A program made the translations under genes and the position numbers. The notes beneath the pieces were generated by a model that worked only from the letters and a program-made list of their open reading frames with translations, made no database searches and was not told the origin of the DNA. From Nitrosopumilus sp. (GTDB taxonomy: Archaea; Thermoproteota; Nitrososphaeria; Nitrososphaerales; Nitrosopumilaceae): a DNA stretch of 64,000 nucleotides. The DNA lies in assembly GCA_965219345.1 (NCBI GenBank), contig OZ244732.1, positions 1,696,001-1,760,000 of the forward strand, written 5' to 3'. Position 1 is the stretch's first letter. Every line of letters begins with the position of its first letter. This document shows, one piece after another, positions 40,454 to 49,944 of the stretch.

Positions 40454-41039
40454 CATGAAAAAGATACCTGTTAGAATAATTAAGGTAACTTCGCCTAGTG
40501 GCGATACAAAGATTGGCATAATGTTAGATTCTAATCATTATTTTACAATGAAAGAAGATACGAGAACTACTATTAAAAATCTTGAAAAGGAATACTTTGA
40601 AGTAGTAAGAAAAGCAGAGAAATTATTTTACAAAGATGGCAACAAAAGTAAGCGTCAGAATTTACCAAGTACAATATTCTGGCAATTAGGCAATATGTTA
40701 CGTAGATTTTATAATAAAGCATCTCACAAATTTTTTATTACTAATTACGCTAGTGCGTTACAACGTGATTTTGGACTTACAGAACCTTATCTAAGAGAGA
40801 TAATCATATTTTCAAAAGAATTCAGTCTAAAAGATATTTCAGACGATATTTCAATGGCAGTATACCGAGCTCTTGTATGGAAAAGAAACCAGCTTGATAA
40901 TTTGGGGTTACTTGAGCAAGAAAAGCAGAAATTAATCAAACGTGGCACGACAAAGGAGTTCATTGGACGTGAGAATTACAAAAGAGAGTTAAAGGAATTA
41001 ATCGCACAGCGTTTACAAAGTAAAAATCCATCAAAGTAA
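40446..41039 (+). CDS. Hypothetical protein, weak resemblance to DUF1016 N-terminal domain
   Basis: FWQLGNML...LQRDFGLTEPYLREII; overlaps the ATPase stop. Confidence 0.6.
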   Translation: MIDMKKIPVRIIKVTSPSGDTKIGIMLDSNHYFTMKEDTRTTIKNLEKEYFEVVRKAEKLFYKDGNKSKRQNLPSTIFWQLGNMLRRFYNKASHKFFITNYASALQRDFGLTEPYLREIIIFSKEFSLKDISDDISMAVYRALVWKRNQLDNLGLLEQEKQKLIKRGTTKEFIGRENYKRELKELIAQRLQSKNPSK

Positions 41040-41048
41040 TATCTAATC

Positions 41049-41798
41049 TTAACTCTCTACTCTTGGTGCAAGATAATATTCGGCTTTGGCCTTTGATTCC
41101 ATCTCAAACAAAAGATGAATTGGTGTCTGTGTTCCATATTCCATGCTAACATTCTTGCTTGCCCGTCCTATATTGCGAATAATTCTTGCCATATACTCTA
41201 GACTGTACACAGAGGAGCTGTCCTCTTGCACATCAAAGCAAGATAGTTCAGAATCAGTATTCTTTATGTCCATCTGAACACTTCCGATAATTCCATCTCC
41301 TTCAAACTGGATCATCTCAGGTTTGGAAGATATTGTGATGTATTCAGATACCTTCTCAACATTGGATATTATCTTTGAGAGCATGCTGGGAGATAATGCA
41401 ATCTTGCTTTTAGAATGCACCTTTGGGACAGGTGAGTTGACCTCTGATCTCTCTATTAGATTCAGAGTATATCTCATTTCAAATGAGCCTGTAATGAATA
41501 TCTTCATCATATGGGGATCATCAATTTTGAGCTCTATTGTATCTGCACTTGATGCTACACTGAGAATGTTTCGCAGATCACTTACGTGTATTCCAAAGAA
41601 TGTCGCATTGCACTCAAATGATTCAAAGGAAGATTTTGGAAATGTGATATCCAACAGTGCAACATGTGAAGGATCCATTCCTCTAAATGTAATTCCATCC
41701 TGACTGCAAATGAACATTGCCTCTTCTGTGATATCTGATATTGCCTGCAGAATTGCCTTCCATTCATCTATGTTCGTAAATTTAGTTTCTAGCAACAT
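41049..41798 (-). CDS. pcn: PCNA sliding clamp (island-borne copy)
   Basis: GITFRGMDPSHVALLD, YSLEYM, YYLAPRVE; 249 aa. Confidence 0.92.
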   Translation of the reverse strand: MLLETKFTNIDEWKAILQAISDITEEAMFICSQDGITFRGMDPSHVALLDITFPKSSFESFECNATFFGIHVSDLRNILSVASSADTIELKIDDPHMMKIFITGSFEMRYTLNLIERSEVNSPVPKVHSKSKIALSPSMLSKIISNVEKVSEYITISSKPEMIQFEGDGIIGSVQMDIKNTDSELSCFDVQEDSSSVYSLEYMARIIRNIGRASKNVSMEYGTQTPIHLLFEMESKAKAEYYLAPRVES

Positions 41799-42204
41799 TA
41801 TATCATAACCATAATTGGGTGTTAAATGCTTTTTCGCCTATTAAAAATAATTCTGATCCAAGTTAGATTTGTCGATCTAGATACATTGATTAAATTTTAA
41901 TTAACAATGAATCATTGATAGTAAAATGACGAATTTACTTATATTGAATAAAATAAACAGCCAAATGATAATAGAATCAAGGAATTAGACAAGATATGGA
42001 AAGCGTTGAAGGCGCAACACGATCCAAAAAAACTAGATCGCTTGATGATTTTTTAGATACATCATATACTTCAACCAATCCCCGCAAATCATTACAAATA
42101 ATACCAATACTTCGGATCTTCCTAGCAAATGCACAAGGTGTGGGGCAAAGACAAAACGTGCAGGCCACAGAAAGCGCAAAAAGACTGCGGAGATCATATA
42201 TCGA

Positions 42205-42737
42205 GTGATATGTACAAACAAACAATGCAATGCCAGTTATTCCAATATACAAGACAAAACGAAGACAATTGGCACAGCATTTGATGAATTAGTAATAGGG
42301 TGTAGTTTAAGAGAGATTGCATCTATTTTGGATAAAAAATATTTCAGCAAATATTCTCATGTTGGAATCATAGGATGGTCGAAAAAATATCAAAAACTAG
42401 TCAAAATCCTGACTGATGATATTGCGTGTTCGCTCAAATTCGGGAACTCCTAGTGTGGAAATGCAAAACCACTTGGCTTCATACAGTTGCTCAAAGTAGA
42501 AACTCTACTGTAGGATTGCCTGCAAGATCCTTTGAGATATGCAAGAAATGTAATAAAATGGCAATATCCCTACAGGAAATACATAAACAGAACGGATTCA
42601 GGAAAATGGAAAACAGCACCATCAGAACTCAACCTCGATGCAGGACTTGCAGACATGGCAAGAAATCCAAAGATGATACAAAAAACATAATATTACATTC
42701 AATAATGCCAATTGACACAATTGCTAGTAAGGGCTAA
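42205..42737 (+). pseudogene. Internally deleted relative of the 44862-46472 transposase
   Basis: N-part GCSLREI...GWSKKY..ILTDDIACSLKFG and C-part FEICKKC...GFRK...TQPRCRTCR match the ends of that protein; DDE core absent. Confidence 0.7.
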
Positions 42738-42897
42738 TCAATTCTAACATATTTTCCAAAGCATCCTACTCCTGACACTACGTAGTTTAGGGCATGTATA
42801 ACCATAGACACATACAAAAAGAAATCATCTCTCCAACTTACAGTTCATAGAAGGATTCCTAGACAGGTACTTTTGACCAATTATTGTTAACAACTTG

Positions 42898-42977
42898 CCT
42901 CAAACCTCAAACCTCAAACCTCAAACCTCAAACCTCAAACCTCAAACCTCAAACCTCAAACCTCAAACCTCAAACCT
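42898..42977. repeat. Heptanucleotide microsatellite (CCTCAAA)x11 plus CCT
   Basis: Direct count in sequence. Confidence 0.97.
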
Positions 42978-43748
42978 AGCAATAATAGTTCCCTACAAGA
43001 TACAGGGCGAGTTCTCGGTGTTCATAACGGATATGATACCCGACCTAGAGGTGGTTCATCACGGTCAGGTGTTCCCGATGAGAGTGATGGAGAAATGATT
43101 GATAATATCACCGACTATGCCCTAAAGGAATACCGGGAGTATTACACTGATGACGAGATAACCAAGTAGGACATATTCTATTACGTCTACGACATCCTCC
43201 ACCACGACGGGTACAGAAAGAAATATGCAAACAACCTGACACGTGAGTTGCCACACATTCCCATGGCGCCTGATTTTTGGGCATTTTCAAAGATTGGAAA
43301 GGATCTGGCAGACCTGCATCTATCATGGGAGACATGTGAGAGATATGACCTTGGAAAGCCGAAAAATGAGTTTGGCAAGTACACAAAGATGACGTTTGCA
43401 AAAAAGAAGAAAAATGGCAAGCAGGTGACTGATACAACAACGCTGAAGATAAACGGAATCGAGGTGTTTGACAACATCCCGGACATCAAGTACAGAGTCA
43501 ACGGCAGGACGCCGCTGAAGTGGGCAATAGACCGCTACAAGATTCATACGGACAAGGAAAGTGGAATAGTAAACGACGCTACAGATGTGGACATAATACC
43601 GCTCATTGAGAGGCTAGTGTATGTGGGAGTAAAATCAGACGAGCTTGTATCCGGGCTCCCAGAAGCGTTTGAGCCTGATAACTGGGAACCCAAAAAGGCA
43701 GGCCTTGACACGTTCGTTGAAGGCCCGGCCCAAAGCAAGCTGGCATAA
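42975..43748 (+). pseudogene. C-terminal specificity region of a Type ISP (LlaBIII-like) RM enzyme with stops
   Basis: DNITDYAL...DIFYYVY.ILH...YRKKYANNL.RELPHIP...G..LADLH, YRVNGRTPLKWAIDRY. Confidence 0.82.
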
Positions 43749-43764
43749 TGTGCCCGTAATGGCC

Positions 43765-44712
43765 TCAATTCTCTGTTTTGTAGTCATATACTGTCCTGAT
43801 GTGGGGCAGGGCCTGTTTCATGTCCTCCATACTGCTGATCACAGACATGTAGTGACCCACCCCATGCCCGCCAATATTTGATACATCCTGGACGAATTCT
43901 GATGCGGATAAGATATTCTTGGAAACTGTTGTGGAGTATTTCAATTGTATTTTTGATTTTGTGATAACAAGGGTGCATACGCATGCGTCGTTTTGCTTAA
44001 GGTAAAACCCGACGTACAACTTTCTCTGGCGTGCCTCCAAGCCCTCAAAATTGCCCAAAATCATGCCTTTGATTTTAAAGTACAGTTCCCTTGTCTCTTT
44101 GCTTGGAGTTGCTGTGTACTTTCCATTCAGATAGTCTTCTTCACTGTATTCGTCCAGCCTGACATAATTCTTGGGGATTGTTTTCACATACGGTTCATCA
44201 CCTGTGCGTTTTTGAGCATCCCCAATCTGTTCCATGGTTATTATCCCGTCATCATGTTGAACGACCTGATGCAGCTGGATTGGCAACCCGATGCCACTTG
44301 CACCGATTTGGTATTTTGTAAACTCTGGCGAGAGAAAGATGACATGTGACTCGTCCCAGTTGAAGTAATCTGTTTTATGCTGCTGGTTTTTTAGGCGGTT
44401 GTATAGAAGCACAAAATCACCCATATGCTCTTTTAACAACCTGTAGTATGTGGCACCTTGGTCTAAAACCTGCTTGTTTTTGATGTTCTTGTATTCGATT
44501 ATTACAAAGCAGTTCTTTTCGCTGTCGTAAGCTACACTGTCTGGCCTCAAATCCCTGATTTGAAATTCCGATGTCAGGAATTCCAGTCCGTCAAAAACGA
44601 TGTCTAGGTTCTTCTCAATGAGTGTCTGTAGTGTCTTTTCATTCTCAAACTTTCGTTCTTTGATATGCTTGAATACGCCTGAACTGCTTCTGAAAACCCT
44701 CATGTGTGACAT
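43765..44712 (-). CDS. PD-(D/E)xK endonuclease-like protein with DUF5655-like C-terminus
   Basis: EKTLQ.LIE.NL, RPDSVAYD..VIIEYKN, DVSNIGGHGVG. Confidence 0.75.
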   Translation of the reverse strand: MSHMRVFRSSSGVFKHIKERKFENEKTLQTLIEKNLDIVFDGLEFLTSEFQIRDLRPDSVAYDSEKNCFVIIEYKNIKNKQVLDQGATYYRLLKEHMGDFVLLYNRLKNQQHKTDYFNWDESHVIFLSPEFTKYQIGASGIGLPIQLHQVVQHDDGIITMEQIGDAQKRTGDEPYVKTIPKNYVRLDEYSEEDYLNGKYTATPSKETRELYFKIKGMILGNFEGLEARQRKLYVGFYLKQNDACVCTLVITKSKIQLKYSTTVSKNILSASEFVQDVSNIGGHGVGHYMSVISSMEDMKQALPHIRTVYDYKTEN

Positions 44713-44861
44713 GGCATCGTAAACCAGTTTAATAAGTTCTAGCCAAAATGAGTACAAGGTTACCCCCTACCCAACGTGTAAACTAAATGACATCAACCTT
44801 GATTTTCACTCCACCCTCGGCGGCAAAAAGGTCTTAAACTTTCTGTGAACTGATCCAGTAA

Positions 44862-46472
44862 TTGAGCAAGACTATAACAAGGTACTATCCACAAAGCGCG
44901 GGCATAGAGTCCTCAAAGCCAAAGTCATGCTACTGCGGGCACGGTGACGACTTTAGGACGATATCCAAGACAGACAAGAACGACACGCGCTACATGTGCA
45001 ACAAGTGCAAGAAGAGTTACTTTGTCAGGAACCCCAAAGTGGACAGGCAGCATCTCAAAAAAATGGGTAGCATTCTAGACAACGTCATACTCGGGATGAG
45101 CTCAAGGCAGATATGCCTCAAGATGTTCGTAGACTGGGGCCACGTCATAAAGCATCCCACCATACTCAGATGGTCAAAGAACCATGTCCAGTACACAAAG
45201 ATGTTCACAGACGACATACTGTGCTGCCTGGAGTACGGGAGCGTGTGGGGAATAGACGAGACGGCAATGGACATACGAGGATGGTGGCACGAGGCAGACC
45301 CCAAGCTCCTCTCCCAGATGAGGACAATCGAGAATAAAGCTAGGGAGTACGGACTTCTCAAGGACCCCGAGTTTAAGAAGGAGTGGGAGGATCTGCGCGC
45401 AGGATCAGAAAGGTCAAAGAGGAGTGCAAAAAAGAAATGGCTTACGGCAGTAGTCGATCTGAAGACAAGGCGGGTCATACACTACATCATCACCGACAAG
45501 CGTCCAAACAACAAGGGCATCTACCGCCTCGTCAAGATGGCCACCGTCGTGGCAGGCATGCCGACAGACATCATAACTGATTGCTATCCGGCATACAAGC
45601 CAGCAATTCGAAGGCTTATCGGGGACATTGAAAAGCAGGGCGGGAAGCTAAACCACATCTTGGTGCGCGCAAAGAACCAGTCCGAGCTTCACTTTACGCC
45701 AAAAAAGCCAAAAAATGGCGCGTCATACCACAACAACAGCATCGAGAGCGCATGGTCAAAGATAAAGAGGAACATGAACATAATGTCCGGGTACGGGGAG
45801 TATCATTCTGACCATGTTATCAGCTACAATATCATAAACCACAATTTCATCAAGCCGCATTCCTCCCTGAGAAAGTTCAGGGCAGTCAGGCAGATGCAGG
45901 CAGACATGATAAACATGACTCCTGCCATGGAGGGCGGGTACCCAAAATGGTTTGCCAACTTTAACGAGCTGCTCACAGAATCGTGGGGGTATGACAAGTC
46001 GTTCATCTTCAAGCTGGGCCCGAAGATGCTGGACAGGCTCCGTGTTGGCATACAGGGCAAGAAGACGGTAGCCATAACCGTCAAGGAGCGGACTGCAAAA
46101 AGCGTGGTTGCAAAGATAGACAGGAAGCTTCAGACAGAGTGCAGCTTTGAATACGTACCGGAGAGAAGGGGGTGGAGGCGCGAGATACCGTCGATTATGA
46201 ACATGAACAGGAGGCGCGAGGACAATATGGGTGCGGTAATGCCGATGCAGACATTTGAGGTGTGCAACAGATGCGGATTGGCAGCACTCACTACGCAGAC
46301 CGTAGTTGAGCTCATCGGATACAGAAAATCCAACGGCAAGATGATCACGCAGCCAAACTGCCACAGGTGCAGAAGCAAACTCTCAAGGAATCCCAAATGC
46401 CGTACGGGGCAAAACCGCAAAAAAATGACTGAAAAGTCAGTCCTTTTGGTCATCCAGAAGAGGCTTGACTGA
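44862..46472 (+). CDS. Large IS6-like DDE transposase with N- and C-terminal Cys clusters
   Basis: WGIDET, AVVD..TR, IITDCY, NNSIES, HNFIKPH; elevated GC. Confidence 0.82.
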   Translation: MSKTITRYYPQSAGIESSKPKSCYCGHGDDFRTISKTDKNDTRYMCNKCKKSYFVRNPKVDRQHLKKMGSILDNVILGMSSRQICLKMFVDWGHVIKHPTILRWSKNHVQYTKMFTDDILCCLEYGSVWGIDETAMDIRGWWHEADPKLLSQMRTIENKAREYGLLKDPEFKKEWEDLRAGSERSKRSAKKKWLTAVVDLKTRRVIHYIITDKRPNNKGIYRLVKMATVVAGMPTDIITDCYPAYKPAIRRLIGDIEKQGGKLNHILVRAKNQSELHFTPKKPKNGASYHNNSIESAWSKIKRNMNIMSGYGEYHSDHVISYNIINHNFIKPHSSLRKFRAVRQMQADMINMTPAMEGGYPKWFANFNELLTESWGYDKSFIFKLGPKMLDRLRVGIQGKKTVAITVKERTAKSVVAKIDRKLQTECSFEYVPERRGWRREIPSIMNMNRRREDNMGAVMPMQTFEVCNRCGLAALTTQTVVELIGYRKSNGKMITQPNCHRCRSKLSRNPKCRTGQNRKKMTEKSVLLVIQKRLD

Positions 46473-46683
46473 TGAACGGAATTTTGAAGCAAGAGTGTTT
46501 TGAAAATAATTCACATAAACTTTACAGAAGTACGCCTGTTGCTACAAAACCTTTTTTTATTCCCAGAATTCTTATTATAATGATTTGTGTCTATTTGTTT
46601 CTTTGAATTTGTCAAGTATTTTTTCGCGATCTACAGTCTATTTTGACTCTGCAAACATATCTTTAAAAACCCAGTCCTGAGAT

Positions 46684-46962
46684 GTGATTAGCGTGACTGA
46701 ATCCGCCCAAGTTGTTCTTACCGGTTATGACAAACCAAAGATTAACGAATCGGTCAAAACATTAAGAGAGTATTCTAAAAAAATTAATGTAGAGATCGTT
46801 GAAGAACATGCAAAAATTAAAGCTAAATCAAAATTGTGGGGTTGTGAAAAAAACAATCTAAAACAAGAAATCTTGTTTCTGAGTGGAACGATGGATGATC
46901 TCCGTAAGATCCTCCATGTCAAAACCGAGGATGGGATATATTTGCAATTACTTTTAAAATAG
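46684..46962 (+). CDS. Hypothetical protein resembling a loop-shortened ribosomal uS10 fold
   Basis: AQVVLTGYD..KINESV..L.E......V.I and LRKILHVKTEDGIYLQL recall both ends of archaeal uS10. Confidence 0.5.
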   Translation: MISVTESAQVVLTGYDKPKINESVKTLREYSKKINVEIVEEHAKIKAKSKLWGCEKNNLKQEILFLSGTMDDLRKILHVKTEDGIYLQLLLK

Positions 46963-46980
46963 ATTACATACACCTGAGCC

Positions 46981-47577
46981 ATGGCAAGCACTGTAAATTC
47001 TTTTGATAAAAATTATCATAAGGAAGTAACCAATGCCAGAACGTTTGTCAAAAAATTAAACAGAGTTAGCGGCATTTACGCTGTTGCACATTTTGATTTA
47101 ACAGGATCGACAAAAAACATACAAAAAAATCAAGAAGCTACAATAACTCAAATGCTGACCCATAACAAAATTTGCAGTAACATAATTAAAAGAAATAGAG
47201 GCACTGTCATTAAAGAACTCGGAGATGCTGTGTTAGCTACATATCCCAATGCTCCAATGGCCTGTCAATGCGCATTAAATGTGATTTACAATTTTAAAAA
47301 ATATGGAAAAAGCATAGTTACAAAAGTAACAATTACTGCCGGTACTCTTGAAAAAGTAAAAACTTCGCAGGTACCTGATGTTTATGGAGTTCCTGTAAAT
47401 TTATGTGACAGAATGTCAAAACATACTTCGGAAAATTCCATAGTTATAGAAGAAAAAAGATATGAAGATATCAAATCATGGCTGCCTCACGATAAACGCA
47501 TCAAGTTTTGTCAACCAAGAAAAGTAAAACTAAATGATTTTAAACCCATAACCATACGTAAAATCACACTGAACTGA
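46981..47577 (+). CDS. Stand-alone class III adenylate/guanylate cyclase domain protein
   Basis: FDLTGST, VIKELGDAVL, DVYGVPVNLCDRM. Confidence 0.88.
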   Translation: MASTVNSFDKNYHKEVTNARTFVKKLNRVSGIYAVAHFDLTGSTKNIQKNQEATITQMLTHNKICSNIIKRNRGTVIKELGDAVLATYPNAPMACQCALNVIYNFKKYGKSIVTKVTITAGTLEKVKTSQVPDVYGVPVNLCDRMSKHTSENSIVIEEKRYEDIKSWLPHDKRIKFCQPRKVKLNDFKPITIRKITLN

Positions 47578-47826
47578 TGGTCTATTTTTAAAATTGAATG
47601 GAATTGATTAATGATTCATAAAATAAACAATAAAAATCTTAAAACTTGTTAATTTTCACAGGTATGATTTTTTTAACGTTAGTGTTTTGGCGCGGACCCA
47701 TCTAGAATGAGACCAGTTAAAATCGTATACTTTTTGGCACGGGGGCTAGGACAGGCATGAGCAAGAGACACACCCCCGGGAAAAGGCAGACACCACCAGC
47801 ATGTCTGCAATGCTACTAAAAACCAA

Positions 47827-48051
47827 TGATCACCCAAATTTAACAGCAGGGTATGAGTAGCGTTAAGATCACTTTTGAACGGAAGGTGAAAAGGCAGATC
47901 ACTTTTGAACGGCCAGCCTGCATTGGCCGGAATTGTGAAAGTCTGAATCAGAAGAAGATCTGAAAAGCTCACTTTTGACCAACAATAACCGTAGATCACC
48001 TAGATTTACCAGAGCCTAACATTTTGAGCAGATCACATAAATTTACCAGTG
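47827..48051. repeat. Cluster of two interleaved direct-repeat families
   Basis: AGATCACTTTTGAACGG x2 plus a variant; (A/T)GATCACnnAnATTTAnCAG x3. Confidence 0.7.
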
Positions 48052-48104
48052 CTAATTGAACAAGTATCTATGATTATTTAAATCTGGAGAATTTTAGGTA
48101 TATC

Positions 48105-48785
48105 TCACCAAGTTACATGAACTAGATCTTTGAGGTTTCGCCTTGGTTTTGGGAATTTTGTTTGTTCAGGATATCCAATACATAACACAGAAGATGGAAC
48201 AAGATCTGTTTCAATAATATCCATTACCTTTTGTTCATCAAACATGCCAATCCAAATTGAGCTTAATCCTAATGCTTGAGCTGCAAGCTGAGAATATCCA
48301 GCAGCCAAAGTTGCGTCTTGTATAGCAAATTTTTTAAGAATGTAATCAGGAAAATCGAATTTTACTCTAGAGGGGTTTTTGCAGAAAATTAATACAACTG
48401 GGGCATTAACATAAGGTTGTTTATTACATGCTTCAGCCAGAAGTTTTTTCTTTTCTGGATTTCTAACATAAAAGATTTCAAATCCTTGATAGTTTCCAGC
48501 GGTAGGTGCAGTATCAGCCGCCGCAATAATCTTGTCTACCTTTGTAGTTTCTACTGGCTTGTCTGAAAATTTTCTTGTTGAACGTCTCTTGGCCATCACA
48601 GCAAACAAGTCAGTATCTATTTCTTCAGAAGGTTCTAAAGGTACAGAAGGCCCAGAAGGTCCAGAATGTAAGATGAAATCAAGTAATTGATTTCTCACAT
48701 TGCTGTCAGTGGATTCTGGAGTTTTTTGGGGTTCATAGCCTTTAGGATAGATTTCATCTCCAATCTTTTTTGAATCCACAAACAA
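48105..48785 (-). CDS. Nitroreductase family protein
   Basis: KRRSTRKF, APTAGNYQ, GLSSIWIG, LCIGYP. Confidence 0.92.
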   Translation of the reverse strand: MFVDSKKIGDEIYPKGYEPQKTPESTDSNVRNQLLDFILHSGPSGPSVPLEPSEEIDTDLFAVMAKRRSTRKFSDKPVETTKVDKIIAAADTAPTAGNYQGFEIFYVRNPEKKKLLAEACNKQPYVNAPVVLIFCKNPSRVKFDFPDYILKKFAIQDATLAAGYSQLAAQALGLSSIWIGMFDEQKVMDIIETDLVPSSVLCIGYPEQTKFPKPRRNLKDLVHVTW

Positions 48786-48823
48786 TTTACTAGATTTATC
48801 GTATTAAAGAATTGTAAACTAAA

Positions 48824-49009
48824 TTATTCAGCTTCAAAACCATCACAACCAGAATTGCATGGCTTATTCATTACGCCCTCACATTTTCCTAATTCGTTGT
48901 GCATTATTCGGTGATGTCCACAAATTCTGCATTTTTCCCTAAAATGTGAAATCAATTCAGCAGTTGAAATTCTTGATTCTTGTATCTTTGATTCGGTTTC
49001 GTGAGTCAT
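48824..49009 (-). CDS. Small Cys/His protein
   Basis: CRICGHHRIMH...CEG...CNSGCDGF. Confidence 0.6.
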   Translation of the reverse strand: MTHETESKIQESRISTAELISHFREKCRICGHHRIMHNELGKCEGVMNKPCNSGCDGFEAE

Positions 49010-49048
49010 AGTCTCATATTATAGATTATTCTGATTTTTTTCTTTTTA

Positions 49049-49741
49049 TTATCTTAATGGTTTTATTTTTCCATGAGAGAAAATAGATTTTTCAGGTACA
49101 TTTGCTTTAACGACTTCGTTTGCTGCGATAACTGAATCTTTACCTATTTCTATGCCTCCAATTATGATTGCATTTGCACCAATTAACGCACCATCACGTA
49201 TCACAGGAGAAGGTTCTTCAGTTGAATCCCATCCACCTGAACGATCCCTTTGAGCATGAACCATTCTTCCAAAGCGTCTTACCCCGTTTCCTATGATAGA
49301 TCTATCTGGTGCATTTCCGCCAATTACTAGAATCAGCACAACTAACCATATCATCATCCATAAAAAAGTTAAATCAGATTTAAAAATAAAATTTAGAAAT
49401 AAACCAAGATTTCTGAGTCCAGATATGTCACGATGGCAAGATTTTTCAAAAATTATTTCATAATCTTGGTTTAATGTGTATTTAGAAATAATTTGAAAAA
49501 TTTCTAATTGTTTTGAATTAGTAATGTGAATTACATCCAATCCTGAACTTGCAAATTCTTTTAAGATATCTAAATTTTCTAATGCATTTTCTGTAACAGA
49601 ATCATCCATTACTATCCAACATGCATTAGATGCAGTTTTGCTGTGTTTTGTTGCAGTAGAGATACAACGCTTCAAAATTTTTGGGCGATTATGTGCCAAT
49701 AATACAATGAGGGAACTACTAGATATCATGCGATACCACAA
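49049..49741 (-). pseudogene. Chimeric remnant: GT2-like N-terminus joined to hexapeptide acyltransferase C-terminus
   Basis: HNRPKILKRC...IVMDDS...RNLGL then PVIRDGALIGANAIIIGGIEIGKDSVIAA. Confidence 0.55.
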
Positions 49742-49779
49742 TCCTATTCACATGTAGTGATTCTAAATTAAAAAGTCAA

Positions 49780-49861
49780 CGCCGGGAAAGGGATTCGAGC
49801 CCCTGCACGCTTGCGCGTAGCCGTTTTCGAGACGGCCGCCTTACCACTTGGCTACCCCGGC
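49780..49861 (-). tRNA. tRNA-Ser(CGA)
   Basis: GCCGGGG...GCCGT-CTCGAAA-ACGGC, long variable arm, ...TCCCGGC-G. Confidence 0.95.
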
Positions 49862-49944
49862 ATCTAATCTGAGATTTTCCCCATAATAAAACAAATCAAA
49901 TGAAAAGGGCAAACACAAAATAGCACAAAACTACAACAGATTCC

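Noticed and set aside
42898-42977. CRISPR array
   Set aside because: Pure 7-mer microsatellite with no spacers; no cas genes in the window.
47827-48051. Mini CRISPR array, or the 106-aa ORF 47679-47999(-) as a gene
   Set aside because: Repeats are short, irregularly spaced and of two types; the ORF shows no protein-like features.
49780-49861. tRNA-Ser as attachment site of island 2
   Set aside because: No duplicated tRNA 3' end was seen, and host-type genes lie between it and the island.
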